Notes under the pieces: model-generated
Seen by the model: only the letters and a program-made list of their open reading frames with translations
Database searches by the model: none
Told to the model about the DNA's origin: nothing
Program-made: the position numbers and the translations under genes
NCBI GenBank assembly: GCA_965153285.1
Contig: OZ229110.1
Reading direction: 5' to 3' (one strand)
Length of the DNA stretch: 64,000 nt
Source: Podarcis tiliguerta
Lineage: Eukaryota
Shown here: one piece after another, positions 1 through 13,038 of the stretch
How the letters are laid out: every line of letters begins with the position of its first letter
Position numbering within the stretch: the first letter of the stretch is position 1

Positions 1-240
1 CACTCGTCTAGGAAAGAGGAATCACAAACTGATTATTCTGCAAATGGACAGTCACAACTGCATTCTCTCTCTCTCTCTCCTCCCTTCCAAATGAAGAACC
101 TCCCATAGCAATAGACAAGCTTATTGTTCTGGGTGGGGGTGGGGGGAACCCTATGCAGAGGGCACCCTTTGCATGCAGTGCTTTCCATATGTAATAGGCA
201 AGTTTCTACAATTGAACACCGCACCAGAGTAGTAGTTAGG

Positions 241-604
241 NNNNNNNNNNNNNNNNNNNNNNNNNNNNNNNNNNNNNNNNNNNNNNNNNNNNNNNNNNNN
301 NNNNNNNNNNNNNNNNNNNNNNNNNNNNNNNNNNNNNNNNNNNNNNNNNNNNNNNNNNNNNNNNNNNNNNNNNNNNNNNNNNNNNNNNNNNNNNNNNNNN
401 NNNNNNNNNNNNNNNNNNNNNNNNNNNNNNNNNNNNNNNNNNNNNNNNNNNNNNNNNNNNNNNNNNNNNNNNNNNNNNNNNNNNNNNNNNNNNNNNNNNN
501 NNNNNNNNNNNNNNNNNNNNNNNNNNNNNNNNNNNNNNNNNNNNNNNNNNNNNNNNNNNNNNNNNNNNNNNNNNNNNNNNNNNNNNNNNNNNNNNNNNNN
601 NNNN
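241..604 (-). other. N-block (364 nt), probable hidden exon of a minus-strand gene
   Basis: The minus-strand sequence leading into the block (...tccttgatataatatcatgcttat|N) has no AG for about 40 nt, as expected just before a 3' splice site. The content is not visible. Confidence 0.5.
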
Positions 605-1235
605 ATAAGCATGATATTATATCAAGGATTTATTACATCAAAGACTTGCCAATGATAATTATGAGTATCAAGGATAAGCCTGATATTATTGGAATAACAT
701 AGATATGGTAAGGCAAGAAATTGCCAAAGCTTTTAAAATACTTGGCTGGGCCTTAACAAAAGGGAATATTAGAAGTGGGTCAGTTTCCCTAATGAGTAAG
801 TGTACACAGGAGGGAACCTACAACATTATGGTAGAATAGGGTTCTGGTAGAAGTCTCTGAAAGATGGTGGTACTGATTACCCCTAATCTCACCCCCAGAT
901 ATTAACTTAGAGGTGTCCTTACCCCAAAGCAGTTGAAATTGATTTAGGCATCAGTTGCACCAATTGAATGAGAAAGAAGGCAACAATATTTGCACAAGCA
1001 TTCCCATTTGCTGTTGGGAGGCTATCATCTTGTTAAATGGCTGCCTTTATCCTGTCTTTGAGCGTAACATTTCTCCTGGATAGTGTAGAAATGCAATCTC
1101 AGTGTCTAAGCATAGGTTTTTGAGAAAAAGCAAGTGATGTTCATCAAACTCGCTTCCATCTAACAGGTTTCAAGGGGATGGAGGACCCTGGTGGACATTT
1201 TCTTTGACAAAAATCCCTTCATGGTGTCCCTGAGG

Positions 1236-1575
1236 TTGGGATGGGTGAGAAATGTTGATTCAATTCACATTTAAAGGTGAATCCAGATTCCCCCCCCCTT
1301 TTTGAAACAGTATGCAAACTAAACCACAGCTATCATTTGAAATTAACACTCCTGTGAAATTTTCAGTGCAGTTTTCCAACCAAGTAATGTGGAAAAAATG
1401 CCTATTCTAGGGCAAAGTGTGCATTAAAAAAACATATATCCATGAAAATAACATACAAAAATGCATTACATTGGAGGAAATCACATATATAAATGTGTAT
1501 ATTAGGAGAAATTTGCATGAAAATGCTGGTGATTATCCTTTTTTTTTAAAAAAAAAGCACACACAATTTGATTTG
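1236..1575. mobile_element. Degraded hAT-like non-autonomous element (same family as 9051-9432 and 38164-38593)
   Basis: Starts GGGATGGG and contains the 'aaaatgcatta...ggagaaat' blocks shared with the other two copies. Confidence 0.5.
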
Positions 1576-1630
1576 GATCTCCTCCTTCTAAGTATTACAT
1601 GAGGTTGCTTAGATGCCTTTTTGTGTTTCT

Positions 1631-1834
1631 TCAGTTTGCAGCAGAGAGAGTGGCACGAGAATAACCCCTCACGTCAGTATGGTCCTTCCCACACAAACTT
1701 AGTGCGTGATCAAGGAAAGGGTTGATGCAGTCTGATATGCTAGATATTGTTCCTCTGCTGGCGGTGGTGGGGAATTTAAGGATGCAATCCCCTATCTGCT
1801 GTCTGAAGTAGGACAGAGACTGCACCTTTTCCAT
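1631..1834 (-). mobile_element. Possible ancient DIRS-like tyrosine-recombinase fragment
   Basis: The ORF peptide ASRGTISSISDCI...ALSLCGK...VRGYSRATLSAA loosely resembles the DIRS YR C-terminal pattern (AS..TISRWI...AY...G...V.AHSTR..ATSAA). The resemblance is by eye only. Confidence 0.25.
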
Positions 1835-2598
1835 TAGAGACCGTTGCTGAGAATAACATCTTATTACAGCCTTCTAACTGCACCAATCAGCTGTCAGGAA
1901 AGGTGGGTGCAGCAAGGAGAGACTGGCCAGACTCGGATGCTATGCTTCCTTTCCTCCCTCCCCACCTCAGACGACAAGAAGCTTCATTCAGAAGTTATCC
2001 AAAGTGTCAGCCTCCCTACCAGAGGGCAGAAGAAGAGAAAGTCTTAATACGGTTCTCTAGATTAAGCCACTGTCTTTATGCTGCTAAACACCAAACCTGG
2101 CTCCCCTTCTTGAATTTGTCATAATTAATGCGTATTCATAAAGTTAAAAGAGCCAGAAGCCGGGATTGCTACGAAGTTGGATTGTTGCCTCGTTATCATG
2201 AGTACTATGTTTCACATTGTCCAGGTGATCCTGATGTCAACATTGATTTGACTGCAACATTTCTGCCCCACCTTGGTGGAAATTTGCACGATAAAAAGGC
2301 TGGCGAGAGCAGCTGCAGCAGTGTGGAATGATGCTTTATACATACTTTCGTCTTCTTTAAAAGACAGCCTAAAATGGCTCTAAAAGAAGGCGGTTGGCAG
2401 TAAAAATTCTATTGTCAAAGGCCAGTTTCTTAGCAACAACACCCTCTCAATGTGTCACAAGTCTGGGGCCCTTTGGCCTCTCAAAGGAAGTTCCTTAGGT
2501 GTCTTTTACACACTGAGTGCTTTGTGATAGGTTAAGGCCTGCTGGCTGTCAACTTGGTCCCTTAAGGGAACTTGACAGATCTTTAAAAAAAAAAAATC

Positions 2599-2818
2599 NN
2601 NNNNNNNNNNNNNNNNNNNNNNNNNNNNNNNNNNNNNNNNNNNNNNNNNNNNNNNNNNNNNNNNNNNNNNNNNNNNNNNNNNNNNNNNNNNNNNNNNNNN
2701 NNNNNNNNNNNNNNNNNNNNNNNNNNNNNNNNNNNNNNNNNNNNNNNNNNNNNNNNNNNNNNNNNNNNNNNNNNNNNNNNNNNNNNNNNNNNNNNNNNNN
2801 NNNNNNNNNNNNNNNNNN
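2599..2818 (-). other. N-block (220 nt), probable hidden exon
   Basis: Minus strand reads poly-T-gaacaacttttctttcc|N: a strong polypyrimidine tract, AG-free for about 33 nt. Confidence 0.6.
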
Positions 2819-2944
2819 GGAAAGAAAAGTTGTTCAAAAAAAAAAAAAAATGCTGGCAGAATTCAGGGGTGTAAATGATGAATTACTTTTCATCAGCTGA
2901 AAGGAAACATACTCTGGAACAATACTGAAAGGGAGCAGGAGCAT

Positions 2945-3100
2945 NNNNNNNNNNNNNNNNNNNNNNNNNNNNNNNNNNNNNNNNNNNNNNNNNNNNNNNN
3001 NNNNNNNNNNNNNNNNNNNNNNNNNNNNNNNNNNNNNNNNNNNNNNNNNNNNNNNNNNNNNNNNNNNNNNNNNNNNNNNNNNNNNNNNNNNNNNNNNNNN
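2945..3100 (-). other. N-block (156 nt), probable hidden exon
   Basis: Minus strand reads ccctcacccccctcctgccaccccgtctg|N: a branch-like CTCAC plus C-rich tract, AG-free for about 30 nt. Only 126 visible nt separate it from the next block (short intron). Confidence 0.55.
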
Positions 3101-5289
3101 CAGACGGGGTGGCAGGAGGGGGGGTGAGGGCTGAGAAATAGCAACAAAAACAGGACTTGGAGTTACCAGTGAGAATGTGGAATATATTTGTTGATCTAGC
3201 TTTACCTTGTTAGTCCCCCAGATCATTATATATAGACATAACTATGGACTAACTTTACAGTGATTTGTGGCTATTTTTATAGGCTGCATATTGGACCTGC
3301 TTTGCAAATTAAGGAGTGGGGAAATAAATGAAGAAAAACTGAATATTGCATTTAGAGTAATGAATCTTCGTTTTATGACTCAAAAGTGTTTGGGGTTTTT
3401 TTAATGCCAACCCTTTTTGGATTTTTAAACAGTAAGTTGTTAGTACAAGGTGTAAATTGCAGAGTTCTCTGCAAAACATTCATCCAATTAGAGGCAATTT
3501 CAAGTTCTACATTCTGATTTTATTTTTGTTGAAATATTCAAGCATTGCATTTCCAAACACTCTTACTCCAGTGAGCTTTACTTAGGAATCAGCATGCTAA
3601 GGATTGCATTGTAAGTCAGGAACCAAACTCAGTTGTGTGATATTGTCTGAGAATGACACAGCCTGTGGTCAGATTTGCATGTTCACCTTAGAGGCATGTT
3701 TTGTCTCTGCATGATCGACCAAATGAATAATCCACTCTACTGCAAAGTGCCAAGGGTGCCAGTTTGCTCTGGTGATACTTCGCGCGGGGGGGGGGGGAGT
3801 ATTTCCATTTTACGTAACTTATTCTCCTGTTCATCCTTGCTCATCTCTGCCTTTTGTTACTTTTCTTCCATATTCAGTTTTTCCCTAGAACCTGTAGCTG
3901 GTGACAATCGCTGTAGATTCATTTCTCCTAATTGTAAAACACCTGTACAGAAAACAGATTATTGCTAGTATTTTGCAGAGATTAACTCAAGCAGTATACT
4001 TTTTTTCAGACTATACCAGCAAACTACAAACATACTGTAATTTCAAGAAAAGGCCTTACCAGTCGTTCCCTTGGGTTTAGCGGCAAAGTCTTTTCCAGAC
4101 TGCATTTTTGAGCAAAATACACCCTCTGTTGGAAAATAAGAGGCTAAGAGCATACGTCTAATCAAGCAATTTGGAGGAGGAATCCTGAATGCTACAATAC
4201 ACTGATTTCAAACTACTGTACTACTATTCTTCTTAGCAGGATCTGGGCCTCTATGGTCCAGCTCACGTCGGATAAAAGGTGATGATAAGAAATAAAGAAA
4301 TATTATTATTTATATCACATATAATATTGAATTATATATTCTGACTTGTAAAAAATACAGTGATTTAACCTAAAAAAAGGATTTAACATAAACAAACATG
4401 CTAAATGCTACACTTAGCTTTTAAAATTGACTTCACCCTCATCTATCAAATACATTGCATTAAAGCCTGCTTTTTCGGTGTGAAAGAAAAGTAAAAAAGA
4501 AAGAAAGTAGAAAGTACAAGACTTTGGTGAACAACCTTTATGAATATGATAATACAATAGCTGGGGTCATGCATTGTTTTGCAATGTCTGTTATTCCTCA
4601 GTATTTTGCTCAGTACTTAACCAGCATCGCTTTTTGAAAATTCTGAGCACTTAATTTATAATCCAGCACACCTAATCCTGTATTGGATTGTTGTCCAAAA
4701 AGGAAAGCTTGCTTTGGGTCCTTTGATGCACTCAGAAAGCCAAAGAGAAAGCCATTAATTTCATAAACACCTTCACATGCCTTTTATCATAAAATAATGT
4801 GTAGTGAAAAAGGCAAATGGACTGCATGGCCAGGGGTAGATTATACCCCTAGGGTATTATACCCCTTGGTAAAATTGAAACCCGATATGTTGTAATTGTT
4901 ATTGCAGCTAATTAACATGCAGGAAATGGGTAGCATATAATATACATAAATTGCTGGTTCTCAATTTCCTCTCACCTTTCCCCAGCATTTTCACAGTTAT
5001 ATACCACTATGACTGGCAGAGTCATATTAAATCCATCCTCCTGCTGCTGCTGCCATCGCTACCACATCAGCAGCAGAAAGTCAGCGGCAGGCAGTTGGTC
5101 CCTTATGTCATCTGGGATCTAGTAGATCCTTGGCCAGCTTAGCCTCACTTGTTCCCCATCTTCAGGATGCCCTGATTCTGTTCTGCCTATTGAGTGGGCA
5201 GAAGTCACGGTGGTGGTATTTCCATTAGCAGAGCCCAATGGACAGAAGTGGGAAGTCTGGGTGGTTACAAATCAGTGGGTGGGCCACTG

Positions 5290-5920
5290 GGTGATTGCAA
5301 ACCTGATCCAAGTGCTCTTGGAAGAAAGATTTTCTGGAACTATTTTAATCAGGGTTTAGGCCTGGGTTTGGCACAGAAACTGCTTTGGTTGCCCTGTATG
5401 ATGACCTATGTTGGGAGAGAGACAGTGGAAATGTGTCCTTGTTAATTTTCCTCAGCCTCTCAGTGGCTTTTGAGACCATCGATGATAGTATCCTTCTGGA
5501 GTGCCTGTTCTAAGTTAGGCATGGGTGGCACTGCTTTTTGGTGGTTCTTGTCCTACGTGGATGGCCGTTTGCAGAGGGTGATGCTTGGGGAGTGCTCTTC
5601 AGCTCCATGGAAGCTTCAGGGTGGGTTCAATTTTTCCACCATCCCTCCAGTGCTGTTTAACATCTACATGGAACCACTGAGTGGGGTTATCTGGAAGTTT
5701 GGAATATTTGTCAGCAATATGCTGATGACACACAGCTCTACTTCTCCTTTACTTCTGCAGGTGTGGCAGTGGATGTGGTGAATTGATATCTTGCCTTGGT
5801 AATGGACTGGATGAGAGCCAACAAACTAGTTCCCTAAACCAGATAGATGAGAGCTGGTCTGCTCTTGATGGGGTTACACTGTCTCTGAGGGAGTGGGTTC
5901 ACAGCTAGGGGGCACTTAAG
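5290..5920 (+). mobile_element. L2-clade LINE reverse-transcriptase fragment (degraded)
   Basis: Across frameshifts it reads QGFRPGFGTETALVALYDDL, GMGGTAFWWFLSY, PVLFNIYMEPL and QQYADDTQLYFS (YADD at 5718-5729). Confidence 0.9.
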
Positions 5921-5982
5921 GTCCTATACAAAGCCTTAGTCCTCTGGACGTAAATAGGTTAATCTCTCAATTATTCTGCTGG

Positions 5983-6266
5983 CAGTGGCGGAGCTTCATG
6001 CTCCAGCACTGGGGGACGGAGTGCAGACAGGGGCACGGCTGGTGCCCGGTCTGGGGGTGGGGCACGCTGTCCATAGGCACGTGACATGGGCGGAATGCAG
6101 GGCGGGGCAGAATGCAGGGGCGGGGCATGCATTCTGGGGGCATGGTGTGCCACCTGTGGGGGCCTGGCACCCAGTGCTGGCAGGGGGGAAGCTGCAATGG
6201 CACCCCACTGGGATCGCATTGCTGGGGCGGTGCGCTCCCCCCCCCACTCGTCTTCCTCCACCAGTG
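5983..6266. mobile_element. GC-rich hAT-type MITE
   Basis: 8-bp TSD TCTGCTGG (5975-5982 / 6267-6274). Imperfect TIRs CAGTGGCGGAG...CTCCACCAGTG. Confidence 0.85.
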
Positions 6267-6329
6267 TCTGCTGGGGGTGTTGCTTTTTATTTAATCAAAA
6301 ATAAAGAAATAAAGTGGAAACAATACAAT

Positions 6330-7780
6330 TTAATGAACAATGTGCACAAAACAAAAACAAAAAAGGATACTAATTTTGACATTCACAAGCCCTGGGAAGA
6401 AGAATTATTTATTTTGGATGGTAGTAACATGTGCTCTTTTTCAAAATGTTTCCTTAGTTATAGATATCAGAATGCCATCCTCAGTGTTATGATATTCTTA
6501 CCTGAATCCCTCAAATTACCAAGAATTCAAAATAGTAGTATCTTTCGCAGGAGGCATTTGAATATTGTCAGCATCATTTAGATATAATAAATGTTTGCCC
6601 TGTAGTTGAAAATGTATTTACTTTTTTGGTCCTCTTGTATACCTCAATTTTTGAATTAATTTTTCTGCAATAGCTATAGACAAGATTTGACTATGCAATA
6701 TATAGTCAGTCCTTTATCCAAACTGACATCCTTTGGGCCATTCCATCTCCCCAGTAATGCAAACAAGGGAACTGACATGAATTCTTGCCTTGCTGTTAAA
6801 TTAATTTTTAGTAGCAATATGTCCCCAAAAGCTGCTGCTGAATGACACTCCCACCATAAGTACCTATATGATTTTTAAAGTGCCAAGTGCCAGCATTTGT
6901 AGTAGAGATTAGTGTTTATATAGGATACAATAAGTGGTGCATAGTGCCACCTAAATGTGATTTAAGAATAGATTCTTGAACCATTGCTGAAATTGATTTC
7001 ACAGGGCTCATGTTCCATATTCTTTCCCATTTTCTGGGACCCAAGTTGTAACCCAGATCCTTTTCCTGTCATTTTTGTAATCCTATTAGATCACCTGTGT
7101 CTAATTTTGTTAATATTTTAGAAATTTGGGTGATCTGTCCTTTGGCATTAAATTATGTGCAGGATCAGGTGTTCAGACAGTGTTAATTCTCTTTTCACTT
7201 GCTGTTTAATAATATATTTTACTATAAAGGAACTAATTTGCCTAAATTCAAACCCACGGTGCTCTTGTTCTTTTAAAAATTCTCTGATTTCTACTTCTGT
7301 TTTAGGCTGGCCATTATTGTAGAAATCCCTAATCCTATATAATCCCTTTACTGACCATTGAAGAAAAAAATCCTGGTTTCTATTCTTAGTAAAGAAAAGT
7401 GGATGATTAAAAAAAGGGAGCAAGTTGAAACTGGATCCATCTAGATTTGAAAATAGTAATTGTAGTTTCTAAGAAGGGACTTTGTGTCCATTCTAGGTCC
7501 TTAAGATTTTTATTAAGGAAAAAGCTGTCACTATTGGGATTCCATCTTAACCATCATTTTAACATTTTCTTTCTTTACTAATGGCTAGATTTGCCTTAAT
7601 TGATTTGCCTTGTAATATAAATGAAGGTTTGAGATGCTCCAACATTCCAACTTCACCTTCTGGCTTATATAAATAAATTATTTTGATTAATGATATCTTC
7701 CCCCCTCCCCAAATATGTAGCCTTCTATTAACTTTAGAGAAGTTAATATTTTCCCCCTTTACATTTTGCATCAAATACTC
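6330..7780 (-). mobile_element. Degraded L1/Tx1-clade LINE ORF2 C-terminal region
   Basis: Minus-strand remnants IWGGGKISLIK..LYKPEGEVGM (the FIW..K...GGLG motif), LPFFNHPLF...FFLQWSVKGLYRIRDF, and a WWEC..FW-like Cys motif near 6820-6890. AT-rich with many stops. Confidence 0.7.
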
Positions 7781-7856
7781 CTACATAAGACATAGTAAGG
7801 TATATTGACCTTAGAATCTACCCAGATCAGAACTTAGTTAAAATAGGAGCACAGTT

Positions 7857-8080
7857 TATTTGTTTGTTTTATTGTATTTACACCCCATCTTTTCCTCCAA
7901 GGAGCTCAAGGTGGTTTACATGATCCTTCCCTCCCAGTTTTATATTCACAACAACCCTGTGAGGTAGGTTAGCCTGAGAGACAGTGATTGACCCAAGGTC
8001 ATCCAGTGAGCTTCATGGGCGAGTAGAAATTCGAATCCTGGTCTCCCAGGTCCTAGTCTGACACTCCAACCATTACATCA
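7857..8080 (-). mobile_element. tRNA/CORE-type (MIR-like) SINE with L2-type tail
   Basis: Contains cacaacaaccctgtgaggtagg...cccaaggtcatccagtgagc...ttcgaatcctggtctcc (CORE plus B-box on minus). Related copies lie at 27980 and 44345. Confidence 0.8.
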
Positions 8081-8276
8081 GAACAACTAGTCCTTTTATA
8101 AAGAGTTCCTAAAGTTCTATTTTCCCAAATTAACAGAACTGACTATCCTAAATTTCATAATGTATTCATTTAAATTTCTATACCACCCTTCATCCGAGGA
8201 TCACAGGATGGTTTGCAGCTACCCAAACTTTCTTACATATATTTTTATTATCCCTCTTAACTAATTCCCCTCAGTC

Positions 8277-8617
8277 TCGGTCCAGTATATCTGAAGGAAC
8301 ATCTCCACCCCCATCGTTCTGCCCGGACACTGAGGTCCACTGCCAAGGGCCTTCTGGCGGTTCCCTCACTGCGAGAAGCCAAGTTACAGGGAACCAGGCA
8401 GAGGGCCTTCTTGGTAGTGGCACCCTCCCTGTGGAACGCCCTCCCACCAGATGTCAAAGAGAACAACAACTACCAGACTTTTAGAAGACATCTGAAGGCA
8501 GCCCTGTTTAGGGAAGCTTTTAATGTTTGATGTATTACAGTATTTTAATATATTTTTTTGGAAGCCACCCAGAGTGGTTGGGGTAGCCCAGCCAGATGGG
8601 TGGGGTATAAATAATAA

Positions 8618-8659
<42 letters not shown>
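8277..8659 (+). mobile_element. L2 LINE 3' end with (TTA)n tail
   Basis: Encodes YLKEHLHPHRSARTLRS...LWNALPPDVKE...TFRRHLKAALFREAF, followed by the 3' UTR and a trinucleotide tail. Highly similar to 63526-63911. Confidence 0.9.
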
Positions 8660-9050
8660 TCTCTCTTGTCTCTCACAGCCACTCCACTTTCCAACTGTTG
8701 CTTCCTAATTCACACTTTCTTATCTGCTCCTCCCATTGGTCACAGTCACACTATACATTTAAAGCGCTATGACACCACATTAAACAGTCATTGAATTCTG
8801 GGAGCTGCAGTTTGTAAAGGATCCTGAGAGTTGTTAGGTGACCCCCTATTCCCTTCAAAGAGCTACAATTTTTTTAGTGTAGTTTAACATCCAGTCCTGG
8901 GCAACTGTGTGCTCTACATGTGCTTCTTCCTTTGCTGCAGTTCTGCATATTTAAACCAAATATGAGGCAACTACTGTAGCACTCCTATAGCACTGTTGTT
9001 TTCTGGGTTATTGCACCTGTCTTGAGTGGTCCTGTGTACAAAAGGCCAAC

Positions 9051-9432
9051 CAGGGATGGGGGGATAACTTTTTTCAGTTTGCATTTCACATTTACAGGAT
9101 CGATAAGCAAACGGAAACACAGCTGTCCTTCAAATTGTGCACTTCTCTGATTTTTTGTGATGCAGTTCTCCACTCAAAAAGTGTGTACAGAAAACATATA
9201 GAAAGGTTGTGTACCTAGAAATGCACATATTAAGATAAAATAGTATTAAAATGCATTATTTCAGGGGGAAATGCTTGGAGAAATATGTATATTAGGATAA
9301 GTGCACAAAATACTTTTGGTTTTTTTCTTGCTGACCTTTTTTTTAAGGATTACAAACTGATCATAAGATAGGGCAAACTGGATATTGGAATTTTTTTTTA
9401 TAAAATGAGATATTTACAGATTTGTCAGTCTT
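9051..9432. mobile_element. hAT-like non-autonomous element (CAGGGATG terminus)
   Basis: Internal blocks are shared with 38164-38593 and 1236-1575. Confidence 0.55.
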
Positions 9433-9487
9433 GTCAGCAATGAAGGCTGGTCCGCTACTGTGGCATAGCTCTCCCAAAAAGAATGTC

Positions 9488-9939
9488 TTTTTTTAAAAAT
9501 ATATATATATATTTATTAGAAGTTTAATAGTTACAGAAAAGGAAGAAAAAAAAGAAACAATAAAAAATTTAACAAACAATACATCAAAACAACAAGAAAA
9601 ACAAAAACATTTAAAAACACATCCAATATTTCCATATCTTTACCTTTCATTTACTTGTTTCATCGACCTCCTCGTACCTCCCTTTTTTGTATTCTAATTC
9701 AGTTAGCTATTTCAGCAAATCCTTTCCATCTTTCTCCATTTTTTGTTCTATAATTTATCTTAACACAATCTAACTTTAAATTTTCCACTTTGGCCCATTA
9801 ACAATCAGTTTTTGCTTAATTCTTTATAACATTTCTGCTAAAACCATATAACTTCATCCCAGCATTCTTCTAACATTCATTAATTTTGCAGTATTTCTGT
9901 AAATATACTTTGAATTTTTTCCAATCTTCTTCCACCGAA
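9488..9939 (-). mobile_element. 5'-truncated L1 3' end
   Basis: Minus-strand ORF end VEEDWKKFKVYLQKYCKINEC*, then 3' UTR, AATAAA and an A-rich tail. 15-bp TSD CCCAAA(A/G)AGAATGTC at 9473-9487 and 9940-9954. Confidence 0.85.
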
Positions 9940-10309
9940 CCCAAAGAGAATGTCAAGCAAAGCCCCCCACATTTTCAAAGCTCCCAAATTTCTAAAGCCA
10001 CATATTCTTTCCCATTCCACACACCTTTTACACTTCCATTTGTACTCAAAGAAACTCTGCAAACATTCCTGTCACTCCACTGTTATCTGGCCAATCAGGT
10101 CTCTGCAGCACTCGGCCAATCCTAATCCAAAAGTTTAGTTACGACAAAGAGGTCCTTCCCATTTGTTTCTGGGCAGAAAAGCCATGTTACTGACATTTAA
10201 TTTTAGAGGCACTTCCTGTTCCCCAGCTACTGCTTGGAAGGCTCCTACTCCATCTGTTAGTTTGAGGGAAGACCACAAGTCTTAGTATGTATTGACTTAG
10301 TAGGGCTGC

Positions 10310-11005
10310 CCTGAAGGAAGGTCGAACATGCTCAGAGCTGTTTTCTTTAAAGCCATACCTCAAAGCACATTTTTTTCTAACTAGGGTGTGATTGCTATGA
10401 ACCCACGCTAGAAATTGTGTCAGCAGCCAGGGACCCCTACTGGACCAACCAAAGACACTCAATGTCTCATTTCTCGTCAGTCACTGCCAGTTCAGACCTC
10501 ATGCGTGATATTAAGGTTTTGTTTTGTTTGCCCCAATATGCATCACTTTACACCTGTCTACACTGAATTGCATTTGCCACTTTACCATTCACCTTTGAAG
10601 CACTTCACAATCTCTTTTTGTTTTGATAATCAGGATCAAGTCAATATCATCAGCAAACATGGCTACCTCACTGCTCACTCCTCAGTCTAGACCAGGGATA
10701 CATGAGTTTCCAGCTGTTTTGGAGTATAGTTCCCATAATCCCTGACCACTGGGACCACTGCTAGCTAGGGATGTTGGGTCTAACAACAGCTGGAGACCTA
10801 AGTTTGTGAAGTCCTGCTCTAGACCATTTACGAATAAGTTAAAAACCATGGTCCCACTACTGATCCTTGGGGAACTCCATATTATATTTCCCTCCATCTG
10901 GAGAACTGTCTACTTCTTCCTACTCTTTGCTTCCTAAAACTTAACCAATTTCTTGACACACAAGAGGATCTCTCCTCTTATTCCTTAACTGTTAAACTTA
11001 CTCAG
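10310..11005 (-). mobile_element. CR1 LINE RT fragment, interrupted by a MITE
   Basis: Minus-strand GVPQGS (10878-10861), FNLFVNGLE and FADD (10657-10646). Boundaries approximate. Confidence 0.8.
10693..10816. mobile_element. hAT (Charlie-like) MITE nested in CR1
   Basis: CAGG...CCTG ends. 8-bp TSD GTCTAGAC/CTCTAGAC (10685-10692 / 10817-10824), matching the TCTAGA target preference. Confidence 0.75.
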
Positions 11006-13038
11006 TAATGCTAACCTGCATTACTTTCTCAAAACTTTGTTCATCTCTCCTTTATTGTGGAACGTATGATATAAAGGCTTTTGCTGCAGTCAGAAGCAGA
11101 AGCAATTTTAACTCATCTTCCCTCCAGGTTTGGCTATTCCTGAATCTTTTCCAGGCTTGTGTCCTATTGCCAATGCCTAAGTGCTGGTGGGTGTTTTACT
11201 TGCACTGAGATTCCCATTTTGACTTCATTTCTCCCAGGTGCTGCAGAAATTTGTGCTTCCCATTTCTGGTACTGTGTGTCGACTTCTTTAGGAGGAGGCT
11301 GGTAAAGAACAAATATTTTTTCTTAACTGAAGAACAATTGTGGAAAACATGAGAACTTAAGTCTTGGATGTGGATGTGACCCAGCTCCCCTTTATGTCCA
11401 AAACCTTTCCAATTGAGTTCAGAATTGCTTCCAGGAGACCCACACAGGGAAACAATCTTGTGGTGAGCTAACTGTATGGCACATTTTCCATGTGGGAAAT
11501 AGGGGTGAGGAAAGGGTGAAAGAAACTGGAAGGTGGGGAATTAGAGTAGAGAGTGGTGAAAAGGCTGAAACTCTCCATCCCTTTTACCACTTCCCATTGT
11601 TTTACTTTAGTGGTCTTTAGCTAAATAAAATTTAGATTCTCAATAGGACTATATTCATCTGTTTCAATTTTCACACCAGAAACAGTGCTTTCCTGAAGGT
11701 GGCAAAATAGGTTCCCCAAACAGTAAATGGACTGGTGCCATTTCTCTCTCTCTCTCACTCTCTCACTCTCTCTCTCTCTCAACTTGACTGGGTCCCTAAG
11801 AAGGTTTTCTCTTCCCCTACTCCTTCCAAGAGTGATTACATCCAATCAGAGTTCACAAAGTGAATAAGGTGACATCATAGTTCTGGGTAGAGGTTGTTAT
11901 GTGTCATTGTTCTTGAGGGCAACAAAGCCAATGAGATGTTTCCTGCATGGGTGATTCTAACCAATTGGATCACTGATTTCCCTCACTTGTTTCTTCATGG
12001 AAAATTTCATCCCCTCTCAATACAATATCTGGGGAAAAAATAACCCCTTTTCATCTCACGCCTAGTCAGATCACTTTCACTGAATTCAAGAAGCCATGAA
12101 CCATAGTAACCAATTGGACACTGCAACATCATCCCACATTCCCCACAAGAGTATACATCTGCTGCCTCACTTGTCAGTCTCTTCTGATCTACTAGCAGGA
12201 TAGGAACAAGATTCCAATATGGGCTAGATATATCATCTGCAGTCTCTTTTCACTGTCATAAATGCTTATTCATATACTGTCCTAGACATGCTTCCATTTA
12301 CCTTTTTCTGGTTTCTTCTTAGATGGATATCATCCACTTCCAACATGTTGAATCCCCTCTACCTTGCTGTCCCACGTCTCCTGGTATGTCCTTTCTGCCT
12401 GGAAGCACAACACTTCCAGATGATATAGCAATCATGTCCTGCCCTGACGTTTACAGCTAGGCATGGTCTACCTGCACCTAAGTTTTTGCCAACATATCAC
12501 ATTTTAATGCAAGAAAATGCAAACATTCAACTCTAAGTTTAATAACAGGAGCCTGTGCCCCTCCCACTCTATATTATTGAAGTGTAGGTTGACATTTATT
12601 TAATATATATGTTAATGAAAAACAGAAAGTTGGATTTGGACAGTAAGAATCCAGGGCTGAAGCTACCCCTTTTAAACCATCACTTGTTTTACATTATGGC
12701 TATGGGCAGGCATCCAGCAGAAAGTGAATAAAATATTTCGAGGATGCTCCAACAGAAAGGTATATGCTGAAGCTCCTAAAAGACTGGCCCTTTTTCAGCT
12801 AATCAAATCATTTACAGGTAGGCACAATGAAGCATGTGGCATGAAGGGAAGCATGAAGCTGGGACCTAATCTATAAAGGACAACATGCTAGTGTATTAAA
12901 TGGGGATCAGAAATGTCCATATTTGCTTATTTGTTTATCATAGGCCAACCTTTATTTTATTCTGGCATGATAGTCCTATTGAACTTTTTTGTTTCTTTGT
13001 CTACTTTTGCACTAGTATTAGATGTTAGTTGTAACATA

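Noticed and set aside
605-640. U12-type branch-like motif TCCTTGAT on the minus strand before the first N-block
   Set aside because: The matching donor flank (N|gatttttt at 2598) shows no sign of the RTATCCTT consensus, and other acceptors lack U12 branch sites. A minor-intron call is not supported.
5967-6581. Cluster of overlapping ORFs up to 198 aa
   Set aside because: A by-product of the GC-rich MITE and adjacent L1 remnant. No protein resemblance.
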